Below, piece by piece: positions 47,142-56,457 of a stretch of DNA of 64,000 bases. This DNA comes from a bacterium. GTDB taxonomy: Bacteria > Patescibacteriota > JABMPQ01 > JAUVWW01. Made by a program: the position numbers and the translations under genes. Location: assembly GCA_030603885.1 (NCBI GenBank), contig JAUVWW010000004.1, positions 2,236-66,235 on the forward strand, in the 5' to 3' direction. The notes beneath the pieces were generated by a model. That model did not search any database. It was not told the origin of the DNA and worked only from the letters and a program-made list of their open reading frames with translations. The first letter of the stretch is position 1, and each line of letters opens with the position of its first letter.

Positions 47142-47903
47142 ATGCGTAAACCAATTATTATTGGCAACTGGAAAATGAATCTAAATTTAGAAGATGCTCG
47201 AAGGCTTATTGTTGAGCTTAGACAGGGATTTATCGATGTCGATGAGAGAAAAATTGATATAGTAGTTTGTCCTGCCTTTGTCCATCTTCAAGGAGTAAAT
47301 TTTCAGTTACCTGTAAATATTAAATTGGGAGCTCAAGATGTATTTTGGAAAGAAAGAGGAGCTTACACCGGCGAAGTTTCTCCACTTATGCTTAAAGATA
47401 TTGGTGTGAGATATGTGATAGTAGGACATTCAGAAAGAAGGAAAAATGTTCAAGAAACTGATGAAATGATAAATAAAAAAATAGAGGCTGCATTATCCCA
47501 AAAACTTTTTCCTGTCCTTTGTGTAGGCGAGACTAAAGAAGAAAGAGAAAAGAATTTAACAGATTCGATAATTACAGAACAAGTAACTAAAGACCTAGAA
47601 GGAATTAAAGCTTCTTCCTTAGAAAAGATCATCATTGCCTATGAACCAGTATGGGCTATTGGCTCAGGAAAAACTCCTCGCGGAGAGGATGCTAATAAAG
47701 TAGCCAAATTAATTAGAAAAGTAATAGAAGAAAGATATTCTAAAGATCAAGCAGACAAAGTCAGAATTCTTTATGGAGGGAGTGTTGATCAAAGGAATAT
47801 AAAAGAGTTTATAGATCAGCCCCAAATAGACGGGGCTTTGGTAGGGGAGGCTTCACTTAGTGCTAATAAGTTTATAAAGATAGTGGAGCAGGTAATTAAA
47901 TAA
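47142..47903 (+). CDS. tpiA: Triosephosphate isomerase
   Basis: GNWKMN, GHSERR, AYEPVWAIG, YGGSV. Confidence 0.97.
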   Translation: MRKPIIIGNWKMNLNLEDARRLIVELRQGFIDVDERKIDIVVCPAFVHLQGVNFQLPVNIKLGAQDVFWKERGAYTGEVSPLMLKDIGVRYVIVGHSERRKNVQETDEMINKKIEAALSQKLFPVLCVGETKEEREKNLTDSIITEQVTKDLEGIKASSLEKIIIAYEPVWAIGSGKTPRGEDANKVAKLIRKVIEERYSKDQADKVRILYGGSVDQRNIKEFIDQPQIDGALVGEASLSANKFIKIVEQVIK

Positions 47904-47905
47904 TA

Positions 47906-48754
47906 ATGCTGGCTTCTTCAAAAGAATTATTAGAAAAAGCACAAAGACAAGGTTATAGTCTGGGTGCTTTTAATACCTCAGCTATTCCTATTACTAAGGC
48001 AATTTTTTCTGCGGCAGAGAAATTAAAATCACCTGTAATTATTCAAACCTCAGAAGGAGAATCAAAGTTTGGCAAGATTGGCTGTATTTTAGCTTTTCTT
48101 TTACAATGTGCTAAAGAAGCCTCTGTTCCTTGTCTGATTCACCAGGATCATTGTAGAAACTTTGAAATGGCTAAAAAATGTATTGAAAGTGGTTATCAGT
48201 CTATTCTAGCTGATGGTTCAGCTTTGCCTTACGATGAAAATGTAGCCTATACCAAGAAGGTAGCTGACCTAGCTCATGCCAAGGGTATCTTTGTAGAGGG
48301 AGAGTTAGGAGCGGTTGGACGGGGATCTACTTTTCATAAAGGAGAGATTCCTAAAACAGAAATGACTGATCCAGATCAAGCAGTTGATTTTGTTAAAAAA
48401 ACGGGGGTAGATAGTCTGGCTATTTCTTTTGGTAATATTCATGGAGTTTACGAAAAACCACCCCAGCTAGATTTTGAAAAACTCAAAGCTATTAGAGCCA
48501 AGCTTGATATTCCTTTGGTTTTGCACGGCTCATCGGGCATCAAAGATGAAGATATTAAAAAAGCCATCTCCTTAGGCATCTCCAAAATAAATGTTAATAC
48601 CAATCTTCGCATGGCTTTTGCTAATGCTTTAAGAAAATCATTAGCCGATCCAGAAGCTATTGTTCCATATAAATACATGGCTCCTGCAGAGGAAGCAGTG
48701 CAGGAAGTAGTGGAGAAGAAGATAGAGTTGTTTGGGAGTGCTGGCAAGATGTAA
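47906..48754 (+). CDS. fba: Class II fructose-bisphosphate aldolase
   Basis: HQDH, VEGELG, GNIHG, LVLHGSSG, KINV.T. Confidence 0.93.
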   Translation: MLASSKELLEKAQRQGYSLGAFNTSAIPITKAIFSAAEKLKSPVIIQTSEGESKFGKIGCILAFLLQCAKEASVPCLIHQDHCRNFEMAKKCIESGYQSILADGSALPYDENVAYTKKVADLAHAKGIFVEGELGAVGRGSTFHKGEIPKTEMTDPDQAVDFVKKTGVDSLAISFGNIHGVYEKPPQLDFEKLKAIRAKLDIPLVLHGSSGIKDEDIKKAISLGISKINVNTNLRMAFANALRKSLADPEAIVPYKYMAPAEEAVQEVVEKKIELFGSAGKM

Positions 48755-48809
48755 TTTAAAATCTCTTCTAAAATGAAAAACGTCTGAAAAGGGCGATTTT
48801 TATTTAGGC

Positions 48810-48838
48810 TTGTAATTTTGTTTAAAATAAGGTAAAAT
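48810..48838 (+). promoter_or_regulatory. Promoter for gap-pgk-eno-gpmI
   Basis: TTGTAA-17 bp-TAAAAT, just after a small terminator hairpin (48776-48801). Confidence 0.5.
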
Positions 48839-48905
48839 AATATAAGAGGTGTCTAAATCAGTTTTTATAAATATAAAGATAAAATAACAAATTAAGGAGA
48901 AAAAT

Positions 48906-49916
48906 ATGCCTAAAAAAATCGCTATCAATGGTTTTGGACGGATTGGCCAGCAAACCTTTCAGGTGGCCTTTGAGCGACCTGATTTAGAGATCGTGGCTAT
49001 TAACGATTTAACAGACAATCAGATTTTAGCCTATCTTTTGAAGCATGATTCAGTTTACGGCACTTATGAAAAAGATGTCAAAGCTACTGAAGACAGCTTA
49101 ATTGTAGAGGGCAAGAAAATTCAAGCTTCAGCTCAGCCTGATCCAGAAAAATTACCTTGGAAAGATTTGGGAATTGATATTGTTTTAGAATGCACAGGAT
49201 TTTTTACAGAGAAGGAAGGAGCAGAAAAACATCTCAAAGCTGGAGCAAAAAAAGTGATTATCTCTGCACCCTCTAAATCAGAGGATGTGCCCCATTTTGT
49301 AATGGGATGCAACCAAGAAAAATTCGATTCTAAGAAAGACACCATTATTTCTAATTGTTCTTGTACTACCAATGCTATAGCTCCAGTAGTTAAAGTATTA
49401 AATGACCAGTTTGAAATTGTTAAAGGATTGTTTACTACTATCCATAGCTATACTTCGACACAAAATATAGTGGATGGACCATCAAAAAAAGATCCCCGTC
49501 GAGGCAGAGCTGCTGCTCTAAATTTGGTTTTGACAAGCACGGGAGCTGCTAAAGCTGTGGTAAAAGTTATACCTGAGCTAGAAGGAAGATTAGACGGGGT
49601 AGCAGTGCGTGTGCCGACTCCTACAGTTTCCTTAGTAGATCTCACCGCTCATGTTACCAAGCCTACTTCAAAAGAAGAAGTTAATGATCTATTTAAAAAG
49701 GTAGCTAAGGAATCCATGAAAGGTGTTATTGGTGTTTGTGACGAGCCTTTGGTTTCTGTTGATTTTCGTAAAGATCCTCGCTCAGCTATAATTGATTTAC
49801 CTTCTACTATGGTGGAGGGAGAAAACTTGGTTAAAGTGCTAGCTTGGTATGATAATGAATGGGGCTATGCTGTGGGGCTGGTGAATATGACAGAATATGT
49901 GGCAAAGAAAATGTAA
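48906..49916 (+). CDS. gap: Glyceraldehyde-3-phosphate dehydrogenase type I
   Basis: INGFGRIG, SCTTN, STGAAKA, WYDNEWGY. Confidence 0.98.
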   Translation: MPKKIAINGFGRIGQQTFQVAFERPDLEIVAINDLTDNQILAYLLKHDSVYGTYEKDVKATEDSLIVEGKKIQASAQPDPEKLPWKDLGIDIVLECTGFFTEKEGAEKHLKAGAKKVIISAPSKSEDVPHFVMGCNQEKFDSKKDTIISNCSCTTNAIAPVVKVLNDQFEIVKGLFTTIHSYTSTQNIVDGPSKKDPRRGRAAALNLVLTSTGAAKAVVKVIPELEGRLDGVAVRVPTPTVSLVDLTAHVTKPTSKEEVNDLFKKVAKESMKGVIGVCDEPLVSVDFRKDPRSAIIDLPSTMVEGENLVKVLAWYDNEWGYAVGLVNMTEYVAKKM

Positions 49917-49930
49917 AATAAAATATAAAA

Positions 49931-51142
49931 ATGAATAAGAAAACAGTTAAAGATATTGACGTAAAAGGAAAGACAGTTCTTGTTCGGGTCGATTTTAATG
50001 TTCCTTTGAGAGAAGTAAAAAGAGCCAAGATTGCTCCAGCCAAGGTTTTTGAGGTGGCTGATGATACAAGGATAATTAAGACTTTGCCTACCATAGATTA
50101 TTTATTAGACCAGGAAGCTAAAGTAGTAATGATATCTCATCTTGGAAGGCCAAAAGGAAGAGATCCAAATCTGAGCCTTCTTGCTGTAGCTGATCACCTT
50201 GGAGCCTTGCTTAAAAAGCCAGTTAAATTTGTTTCCGATTGTATTGGAAAGGAAGTAGAAGAAGCAGTGAAAGCAATGAAAGCCGGTGATATTATTCTTT
50301 TAGAGAATACTCGTTTTTACCCTCAAGAGGAAAAGAACGATCCAGACTTTGCTCAAAAACTAGCTTCTCTAGCAGATATTTTTGTTAATGATGCCTTTGC
50401 CACGGCTCACCGGTCTCATGCCTCGACAGTTGGAGTGACAAAATATTTGCCTTCGGTAGTTGGACTTTTGATGGAGAAAGAAGTGATTGAGTTGACTGAA
50501 GTAATAGAAAGTCCTGAACATCCCTTTGTAGGAATTATTGGCGGAGCCAAAATCTCTTCTAAGATGGGAGTGATTGAGAATCTGTTAAAAAAAGTAGATA
50601 CACTTTTGCTTGGTGGGGCTCTAGCTAATACCGTACTAAAAGCCAAAGGTTTTGAAGTAGGTAAATCATTGATTGAAAAAGAGATGGTAGATAAAGCAAA
50701 AGAAAGCTCAAGAGATGAAAAGCTTAAAATTTTAGTTGATGCAGTTGTAGCTTCAGAGCCCAAAGAGGAAGCCCAAGCCTCTATGGTTGGTATAGACAGA
50801 GTACCAAAAGATCAGTGGATTTTGGATATTGGACCAAAGACTGTTGAATTTTATAAAAATATTATTCAAGAAGCTCAAACCATTATTTGGAATGGACCTA
50901 TGGGCATGTTTGAGATAGAAACTTTTGCTCAAGGAACCAATGGAATAGCCAAAGCTATCGTAGAAAGTGGAGCTTCTAAAATAGTTATAGGTGGTGGGGA
51001 GACATTACAAGCCATTATTAAATATTATAAGCCTTTAGCTTTAGCCAACAGAAGAATTCATGTTTCCACTGGCGGAGGAGCTATGCTTGAGTTTTTGGAA
51101 GGAAAGAAATTACCAGCCATTGAGGCTTTACAAGATAAATAA
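49931..51142 (+). CDS. pgk: Phosphoglycerate kinase
   Basis: RVDFNVP, SHLGRP, LLENTRF, NDAF..AHR, WNGPMG, STGGGA. Confidence 0.98.
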   Translation: MNKKTVKDIDVKGKTVLVRVDFNVPLREVKRAKIAPAKVFEVADDTRIIKTLPTIDYLLDQEAKVVMISHLGRPKGRDPNLSLLAVADHLGALLKKPVKFVSDCIGKEVEEAVKAMKAGDIILLENTRFYPQEEKNDPDFAQKLASLADIFVNDAFATAHRSHASTVGVTKYLPSVVGLLMEKEVIELTEVIESPEHPFVGIIGGAKISSKMGVIENLLKKVDTLLLGGALANTVLKAKGFEVGKSLIEKEMVDKAKESSRDEKLKILVDAVVASEPKEEAQASMVGIDRVPKDQWILDIGPKTVEFYKNIIQEAQTIIWNGPMGMFEIETFAQGTNGIAKAIVESGASKIVIGGGETLQAIIKYYKPLALANRRIHVSTGGGAMLEFLEGKKLPAIEALQDK

Positions 51143-51149
51143 ATAAATT

Positions 51150-52406
51150 ATGCCTAAAATAAAAACCATCCATGCTCGAGAAATTTTGGATTCTCGTGGA
51201 AATCCTACTTTAGAAGTTGAAGTTACTTTAGATGATGGCACAAAGGGAGTGGCTGCTGTACCCTCTGGAGCCTCAACAGGAAAATTAGAGGCTTTAGAAT
51301 TAAGAGATGGTGATCCCAAGCGATATGATGGGAAAGGTGTACTTAAAGCAGTTGACAATGTCAATTCTTTTTTGCGCACAAAACTAGAAGGATTTGAGAT
51401 AACAGAACAGAGAAAAATAGACCAGACCATGATAGAAGCAGATGGAACAGAAAACAAATCAAAATTAGGAGCCAATGCTATTTTGGGTATTTCTTTGGCT
51501 TGTGCTCACGCAGCTGCTAAAGTTCAAAAATTAGAGTTATACGAGTACATTGCCAAATTATTTAAACTTCGAAGTTCAAACTTTCTACTTCCCACCCCCA
51601 TGATGAATATCTTCAACGGAGGCAAGCACGCTGATACAAATTTAGATTTTCAAGAGTTTATGGTTGTTCCCCTTAGTCCTAGCTCTTTCAAAGAAAAAGT
51701 TAGAGTAGGGGCAGAGATTTTTCATAAGCTAGCCGAAGTTTTATCAAGCGAAGGATTAGACACAGATGTTGGTAATGAGGGAGGATATGCACCTGATATT
51801 GAATCAACTAATCAAGCTATAGAGATGATCTTGAAGGCCATAGAAAAAGCAGGCTACAAACCTGGCCAAGATGTTTCCTTGGCTGTTGATGCCGGAGCAT
51901 CAACCCTTTATAAAAAAGATGAAGACCGATATGTCTTGAGTTTAGAAAAAACTTCTTTAACCTCAGAACAGTTAATCGCTCTATATAATGAATGGATTCG
52001 AAAATATCCCTTTATTATAATGGAGGATCCGCTCGATGAGGAGGATTGGGAGGGCTGGAAAAAAATAACAGAAAAGTTCGGAGACAGAGTAAAAATAGTA
52101 GGTGATGACTTATTAGTAACCAATGTTAAGCGCCTTGAGCGAGCTGTTAAAGAAAAGGCTTGTAATTCTATTCTTATTAAGCTTAATCAAATAGGAACTC
52201 TAACCGAGACTTTAGATTGTATAAAAAAGGCTAAAAAAGCTAATTTTGAAACTATTATTTCTCACCGTTCTGGTGAGACTATAGATACTACCATTGCCGA
52301 TTTAGCAGTAGGGACAAAGGCTGGATGGATTAAAACAGGAGCGCCGTCGAGAGGAGAAAGGGTGTGTAAGTATAATAGATTGATGGAGATAGAAGAAAAG
52401 ATTTAG
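51150..52406 (+). CDS. eno: Enolase
   Basis: DSRGNPT, PSGAS, VGDDL, SHRSGET. Confidence 0.98.
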   Translation: MPKIKTIHAREILDSRGNPTLEVEVTLDDGTKGVAAVPSGASTGKLEALELRDGDPKRYDGKGVLKAVDNVNSFLRTKLEGFEITEQRKIDQTMIEADGTENKSKLGANAILGISLACAHAAAKVQKLELYEYIAKLFKLRSSNFLLPTPMMNIFNGGKHADTNLDFQEFMVVPLSPSSFKEKVRVGAEIFHKLAEVLSSEGLDTDVGNEGGYAPDIESTNQAIEMILKAIEKAGYKPGQDVSLAVDAGASTLYKKDEDRYVLSLEKTSLTSEQLIALYNEWIRKYPFIIMEDPLDEEDWEGWKKITEKFGDRVKIVGDDLLVTNVKRLERAVKEKACNSILIKLNQIGTLTETLDCIKKAKKANFETIISHRSGETIDTTIADLAVGTKAGWIKTGAPSRGERVCKYNRLMEIEEKI

Positions 52407-52421
52407 AGCTAAGATATCTCT

Positions 52422-53990
52422 ATGAAAAAATACAAACCAGTCGTTTTAGTAATCTTAGATGGTTGGGGTATTGGCCCTCCTTCCGAAGGAAATGCTATTA
52501 GCTTAGCCAATACTCCTAATTTTGATGATTTAGTCCGGCATTATCCTCATTCGGTTATTACCGCTTCCGGTGAAGCAGTAGGACTTTCTTGGCAGGAAGT
52601 AGGAAATTCCGAAGTGGGGCATATGAATATTGGATCAGGTAGGGTGGTTTATCAACATCTGCCTCGTATTTCTAGATCCATTACCGATGGTTCGTTTTTT
52701 AAAAATGAAGCTTTCTTGCATGCCACAGAGCATGTAAAAAAGAATAATTCTAAGCTACATCTTTTGGGGATGGTCAGTGTGGGAGGGGTGCACAGCCACT
52801 TGGAACATTTATATGCTCTGCTTGAGCTTGCTAGAAGACAGGGTATAAAGAAGGTCTATGTTCATGCTATAACTGATGGCCGAGATGTGCCCAGAGATTC
52901 AGGCGTTAACTTTATTTCTGAACTAGAAGGGAGAATAAAAGATATTGGAGTAGGTAAAATTGCCACTGTTTGTGGAAGATATTGGTCTATGGACAGGGCA
53001 GAACATTGGGATCGGACCAAAAAAGGCTATGATTTAATGGTGGAAGGAAAAGGAGAAGAGTTCACTTCGGCTAAAGAAGCTTTAGAAGACTCTTATAAGA
53101 AAGAAGTCTTTGATGAGGAGTTAGAGCCGAAAATTATAGATAAAGAAGGTTTGGTGCGTGATAACGATGCTATTATATACTTTAACTTTCGTGCTGATAG
53201 AACAAAACAGCTAACCAAAGCTTTTATTTTACCTAGCTTTGGGAGGTTTAAAAGAAAGAAACTTGAGAGTCTCTTTTTTGTGACTATGACAGAATATGAG
53301 AGGGAGTTACCAGTTGAGGTTGCCTTTTCTGAGATAGAAATGAAAAATACTTTACCTGAGATAATATCTAAAGCTGGACTAAAGCAACTTCATATAGCTG
53401 AAACAGAAAAATATGCTCATGTTACTTTCTTTTTTGCTTGTGGAAGGCTTAAAACTTATTCTGGGGAAGACAGAGAGATAATTTCTTCTCCTGAAGTAGC
53501 CTCATACGATCAGCAGCCTGAGATGTCTGCTTTTGAGGTGACTGAAAAACTAGTAAAGTTAATCAATACTGCAAAGTACGATTTTGTAGTGATAAATTAT
53601 GCTAATTGCGATATGGTAGGCCATACTGGAAATATTCCTGCAGCTAGAGAAGCAGCAGAAGCTGTGGATGATTATCTAGGTAGAGTAGTCAAAGCTGTCC
53701 TAGATTTAGAAGGAGCTTTAGTGGTTATTTCCGATCATGGAAATGCAGAGATAATGAGAGATCCGATAACAGGAAAGATGAATAAAGAACATTCCACTAA
53801 TCCAGTTCCCTTTTTAGTAATATCAAATAATAGAAGAAAAGAGATTGAGCCAGGCGAAGTAGTCTCCACTGATTTATCTATTTTAGCTCCTATTGGAGTG
53901 CTGGCTGATGTAGCTCCTACTATTTTAGATTTAATGGATCTGAAAAAACCGAAGGAGATAACGGGGATAAGTTTGTTGCCTATGGTATAA
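52422..53990 (+). CDS. gpmI: 2,3-BPG-independent phosphoglycerate mutase
   Basis: ILDGWG, GNSEVGH, AETEKYAHVT, DMVGHTG, DHGNAE. Confidence 0.98.
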   Translation: MKKYKPVVLVILDGWGIGPPSEGNAISLANTPNFDDLVRHYPHSVITASGEAVGLSWQEVGNSEVGHMNIGSGRVVYQHLPRISRSITDGSFFKNEAFLHATEHVKKNNSKLHLLGMVSVGGVHSHLEHLYALLELARRQGIKKVYVHAITDGRDVPRDSGVNFISELEGRIKDIGVGKIATVCGRYWSMDRAEHWDRTKKGYDLMVEGKGEEFTSAKEALEDSYKKEVFDEELEPKIIDKEGLVRDNDAIIYFNFRADRTKQLTKAFILPSFGRFKRKKLESLFFVTMTEYERELPVEVAFSEIEMKNTLPEIISKAGLKQLHIAETEKYAHVTFFFACGRLKTYSGEDREIISSPEVASYDQQPEMSAFEVTEKLVKLINTAKYDFVVINYANCDMVGHTGNIPAAREAAEAVDDYLGRVVKAVLDLEGALVVISDHGNAEIMRDPITGKMNKEHSTNPVPFLVISNNRRKEIEPGEVVSTDLSILAPIGVLADVAPTILDLMDLKKPKEITGISLLPMV

Positions 53991-54101
53991 AGGCCTCGGG
54001 TATGTCTCAAAAAGACGCAGTCTCGCTGACGCTCGCCGCTCAGGTCTCGGCCTCACTTCGTTCGGCCTCCGACATGCTTTTTTCGGCACACCTCTCGGCC
54101 C
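53991..54101. repeat. GC-rich branched palindrome (tandem-GA, GAA-triloop type)
   Basis: GGCC-TC-GGGTATGTC-TC-AAAAAG.../TTTTT-TC-GGCACACC-TCTC-GGCC outer stem; inner GGCC-TC-AC-TTC-GT-TC-GGCC shares CACTTCGTTC with the AGAACC repeats. Confidence 0.75.
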
Positions 54102-54115
54102 TAAATTCAAAATTT

Positions 54116-55117
54116 ATGTATGATGCAATCACAATTGGTGGTGCCACTTTTGACATCTTTATGAAAAGTGAGAAATTTAGAGTGGTGCCAGGAGAAGATA
54201 TTGCTGTCTCTGATGTTCCCATGCTCTGCCTGATTCATGGAACAAAGCTTGTGATAGAGGAAGCCTATTTTGAGATTGGTGGCGGAGGTACTAATGTAGC
54301 TTGCGGTTTAGCTAATTTAGGGCTGAAGGTAGCTTTTGAAGGAGTGGTGGGTAAGGATTTGGAAGGAAAAAGAGTATTAGAATTGCTTAGGAAAAGAAAA
54401 GTGGACACTCAGATGGTTTCTTCATCAGACAAACAGAAAACTGCTTTATCAGTTATTTTATATAGAGAAAGAGAACGTACTATTTTAACCTACAGAGGAA
54501 TAAGTGATTATTTAACCAAGGATCTAGTCGATTGGAAAAAGCTAGCTAAAACAAAATGGCTTTTTGTTTCCCATTTGTCTGGTAAATCGCATAATCTTCT
54601 TAAGGAAATAATTAAATTAAAGGTTAAAAATCCCCAAATAAAAATTGCTTGGAATCCAGGATCAACTCAACTAGAAAAAGGAATTAAAGAACTTTCTAAG
54701 TTTTTAGCATGCACTGATGTCTTGATTGTAAATAAAGAAGAGGCAGAAAGATTAACCAAGATTAAGATTGAGAATCCCAAAGGACTAAAGATGAAAAGTT
54801 TTAGACCTTTATTTGAAAAATTAACTGTCTTGGGTCCCAAAATTATTGTTATAACCAGTGGCAGGCGAGGAGCCCAAGCTTATGATCAGGGCAAAATTTA
54901 TTCCTATCCTGCTTTGCCAGTAAAAATTATAGCTAATATTGGTGCTGGAGATGCTTTTTGTTCTGGATTTCTAGCCGCTGTCATTTTAGGAAAAAGCGTT
55001 GAAGAAGCTTTGCGCTGGGGAATAGCCAATGGAGCATTGTGCATTACAAAGTATGGGACACAAGTTGGACTACTTAATAAAAAAGAGATAAAAAAATGGG
55101 CAAAAAAACTAATATGA
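54116..55117 (+). CDS. PfkB-family carbohydrate kinase
   Basis: GGGGTNVA, NKEEA, GAGDAF.SGF; real start MYDAITIGG at 54116. Confidence 0.9.
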   Translation: MYDAITIGGATFDIFMKSEKFRVVPGEDIAVSDVPMLCLIHGTKLVIEEAYFEIGGGGTNVACGLANLGLKVAFEGVVGKDLEGKRVLELLRKRKVDTQMVSSSDKQKTALSVILYRERERTILTYRGISDYLTKDLVDWKKLAKTKWLFVSHLSGKSHNLLKEIIKLKVKNPQIKIAWNPGSTQLEKGIKELSKFLACTDVLIVNKEEAERLTKIKIENPKGLKMKSFRPLFEKLTVLGPKIIVITSGRRGAQAYDQGKIYSYPALPVKIIANIGAGDAFCSGFLAAVILGKSVEEALRWGIANGALCITKYGTQVGLLNKKEIKKWAKKLI

Positions 55118-55683
55118 AAATACCAATTGAAATCTCAGCCAGACATATTCACATTTGCCAAGAAGACCTTGAGAGACTTTTTGGAAAAGGGTATAAATTA
55201 AAATTCTTAAAGAAACTTTCCCAAGCTGATGAGTTTGCTGCTCAAGAGACCTTAACTATAGTTGGCCCGAAAGGAAAATTTGAAAATGTCCGGATAGTAG
55301 GTCCTTTTAAAGATCAAACTCAAGTTGAAATCTCTCGGACAGATGGATATAAGCTAGGAGATATTCCTCCTCTTAGGGTCTCAGGCGATGTCACTGGCTC
55401 AGCTCCCATTACCTTAATTGGCCCAAAAGGAAAAGTAGACCTTAAAGAAGGCCTGATTTGTGCTAAAAGACATATTCATATGAGCCTAGACGAAGCAAAG
55501 AAATTTGGAGTAAAACATAGACAGCTTGTTTCTGTAAAAATTTTTGGCAAAAGGACTTTAACTTTTCATGATGTAGTGATAAGAGTTGAACCAGGTTTTA
55601 AGATCGCTCTTCATCTAGATACTGACGAAGCCAATGCTGCTTGGGTGGAGACAGGGGATGAGGGGGAGCTGATTCAACCATAA
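55114..55683 (+). CDS. pduL: PduL-type phosphate acyltransferase
   Basis: SARHIH, QVEISRTD, R.SGD..GS, RHIHM, HLDTDEANA; likely start MKIPIE at 55114. Confidence 0.92.
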   Translation: MKIPIEISARHIHICQEDLERLFGKGYKLKFLKKLSQADEFAAQETLTIVGPKGKFENVRIVGPFKDQTQVEISRTDGYKLGDIPPLRVSGDVTGSAPITLIGPKGKVDLKEGLICAKRHIHMSLDEAKKFGVKHRQLVSVKIFGKRTLTFHDVVIRVEPGFKIALHLDTDEANAAWVETGDEGELIQP

Positions 55684-55692
55684 CTGTGAATA

Positions 55693-55723
55693 AAAGAGCG
55701 GTTTTAAAAGAGACCGCCTTTTT
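55693..55723. terminator. Bidirectional terminator
   Basis: AAAAGAGCGGTT/GACCGCCTTTTT. Confidence 0.6.
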
Positions 55724-55815
55724 GTTCTTATTTATAATTTTGTCTCAACCACATCAAAACAAAAAAATAATTGCAAATTTAAAGAGCCATAATCTAAATC
55801 TATGTATAGTCTAGG

Positions 55816-56388
55816 TTATGACTCTTTGTTACTAAGAAAACTGTGTTTTAGAACCTCAAAACCCACAATCTTATCACCTTCTACGTAAAATTCTATACCC
55901 TCGCATGGTTTAAGTCTGCCTCCGATTTCCCCAAGATCAAAATTTTTCTTGAGTATCTTAATAGCTGGGATAAGAGCTCCACCGTGAGAGACAACTAAAA
56001 CCCTTTCGCCATCGGAAATTGTATTTGCTACTCTTTTTATAGTTCGAATTACGCGAAGACCAGTATTTTTTATCATCCTTTGCAGTCTAGGATCAACAAT
56101 CTCGAGAAATGCCCCAAACTCACCATATTTATGTTCCAGTTTCTTAGCCTGTGGTTTCCAAAGATCCTTTTCATCTGGAAGAGTATTAAATCCTTCATCA
56201 ATTTCATACTTTGGAAAACCAAAATATTCCATGGTCTTAAAACAGCGAGGGGGCTCAGCACAAATGTGAGCTGCATATTTATTCTGTTTCAAAATTCTGC
56301 GTATCTGCTTAGCCAATTTAATTCCCTTTGGGGGTATATTGCCTTTTTTGTCTTTTATAGTGTGTATTCTGACTTCTATTATTTTCAT
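55816..56388 (-). CDS. Histidine-phosphatase-fold protein (divergent)
   Basis: VRIH in place of RHG, G..LA, RC..T, LVVSHGG; GGAGG RBS. Confidence 0.65.
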   Translation of the reverse strand: MKIIEVRIHTIKDKKGNIPPKGIKLAKQIRRILKQNKYAAHICAEPPRCFKTMEYFGFPKYEIDEGFNTLPDEKDLWKPQAKKLEHKYGEFGAFLEIVDPRLQRMIKNTGLRVIRTIKRVANTISDGERVLVVSHGGALIPAIKILKKNFDLGEIGGRLKPCEGIEFYVEGDKIVGFEVLKHSFLSNKES

Positions 56389-56457
56389 ATTTCCTCCTTT
56401 GAAATTAGATAAAAAAATGCTATAATATTGTTATCAGTTTAGCCGAAAAATAAAGTT

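Noticed and set aside
54002-54115. N-terminal extension of the PfkB kinase (also the upstream starts at 4824, 27312, 27696 and 42442)
   Set aside because: These extensions run through a palindromic element, a riboswitch terminator, promoter DNA or an upstream gene; downstream ATGs fit the family starts better.
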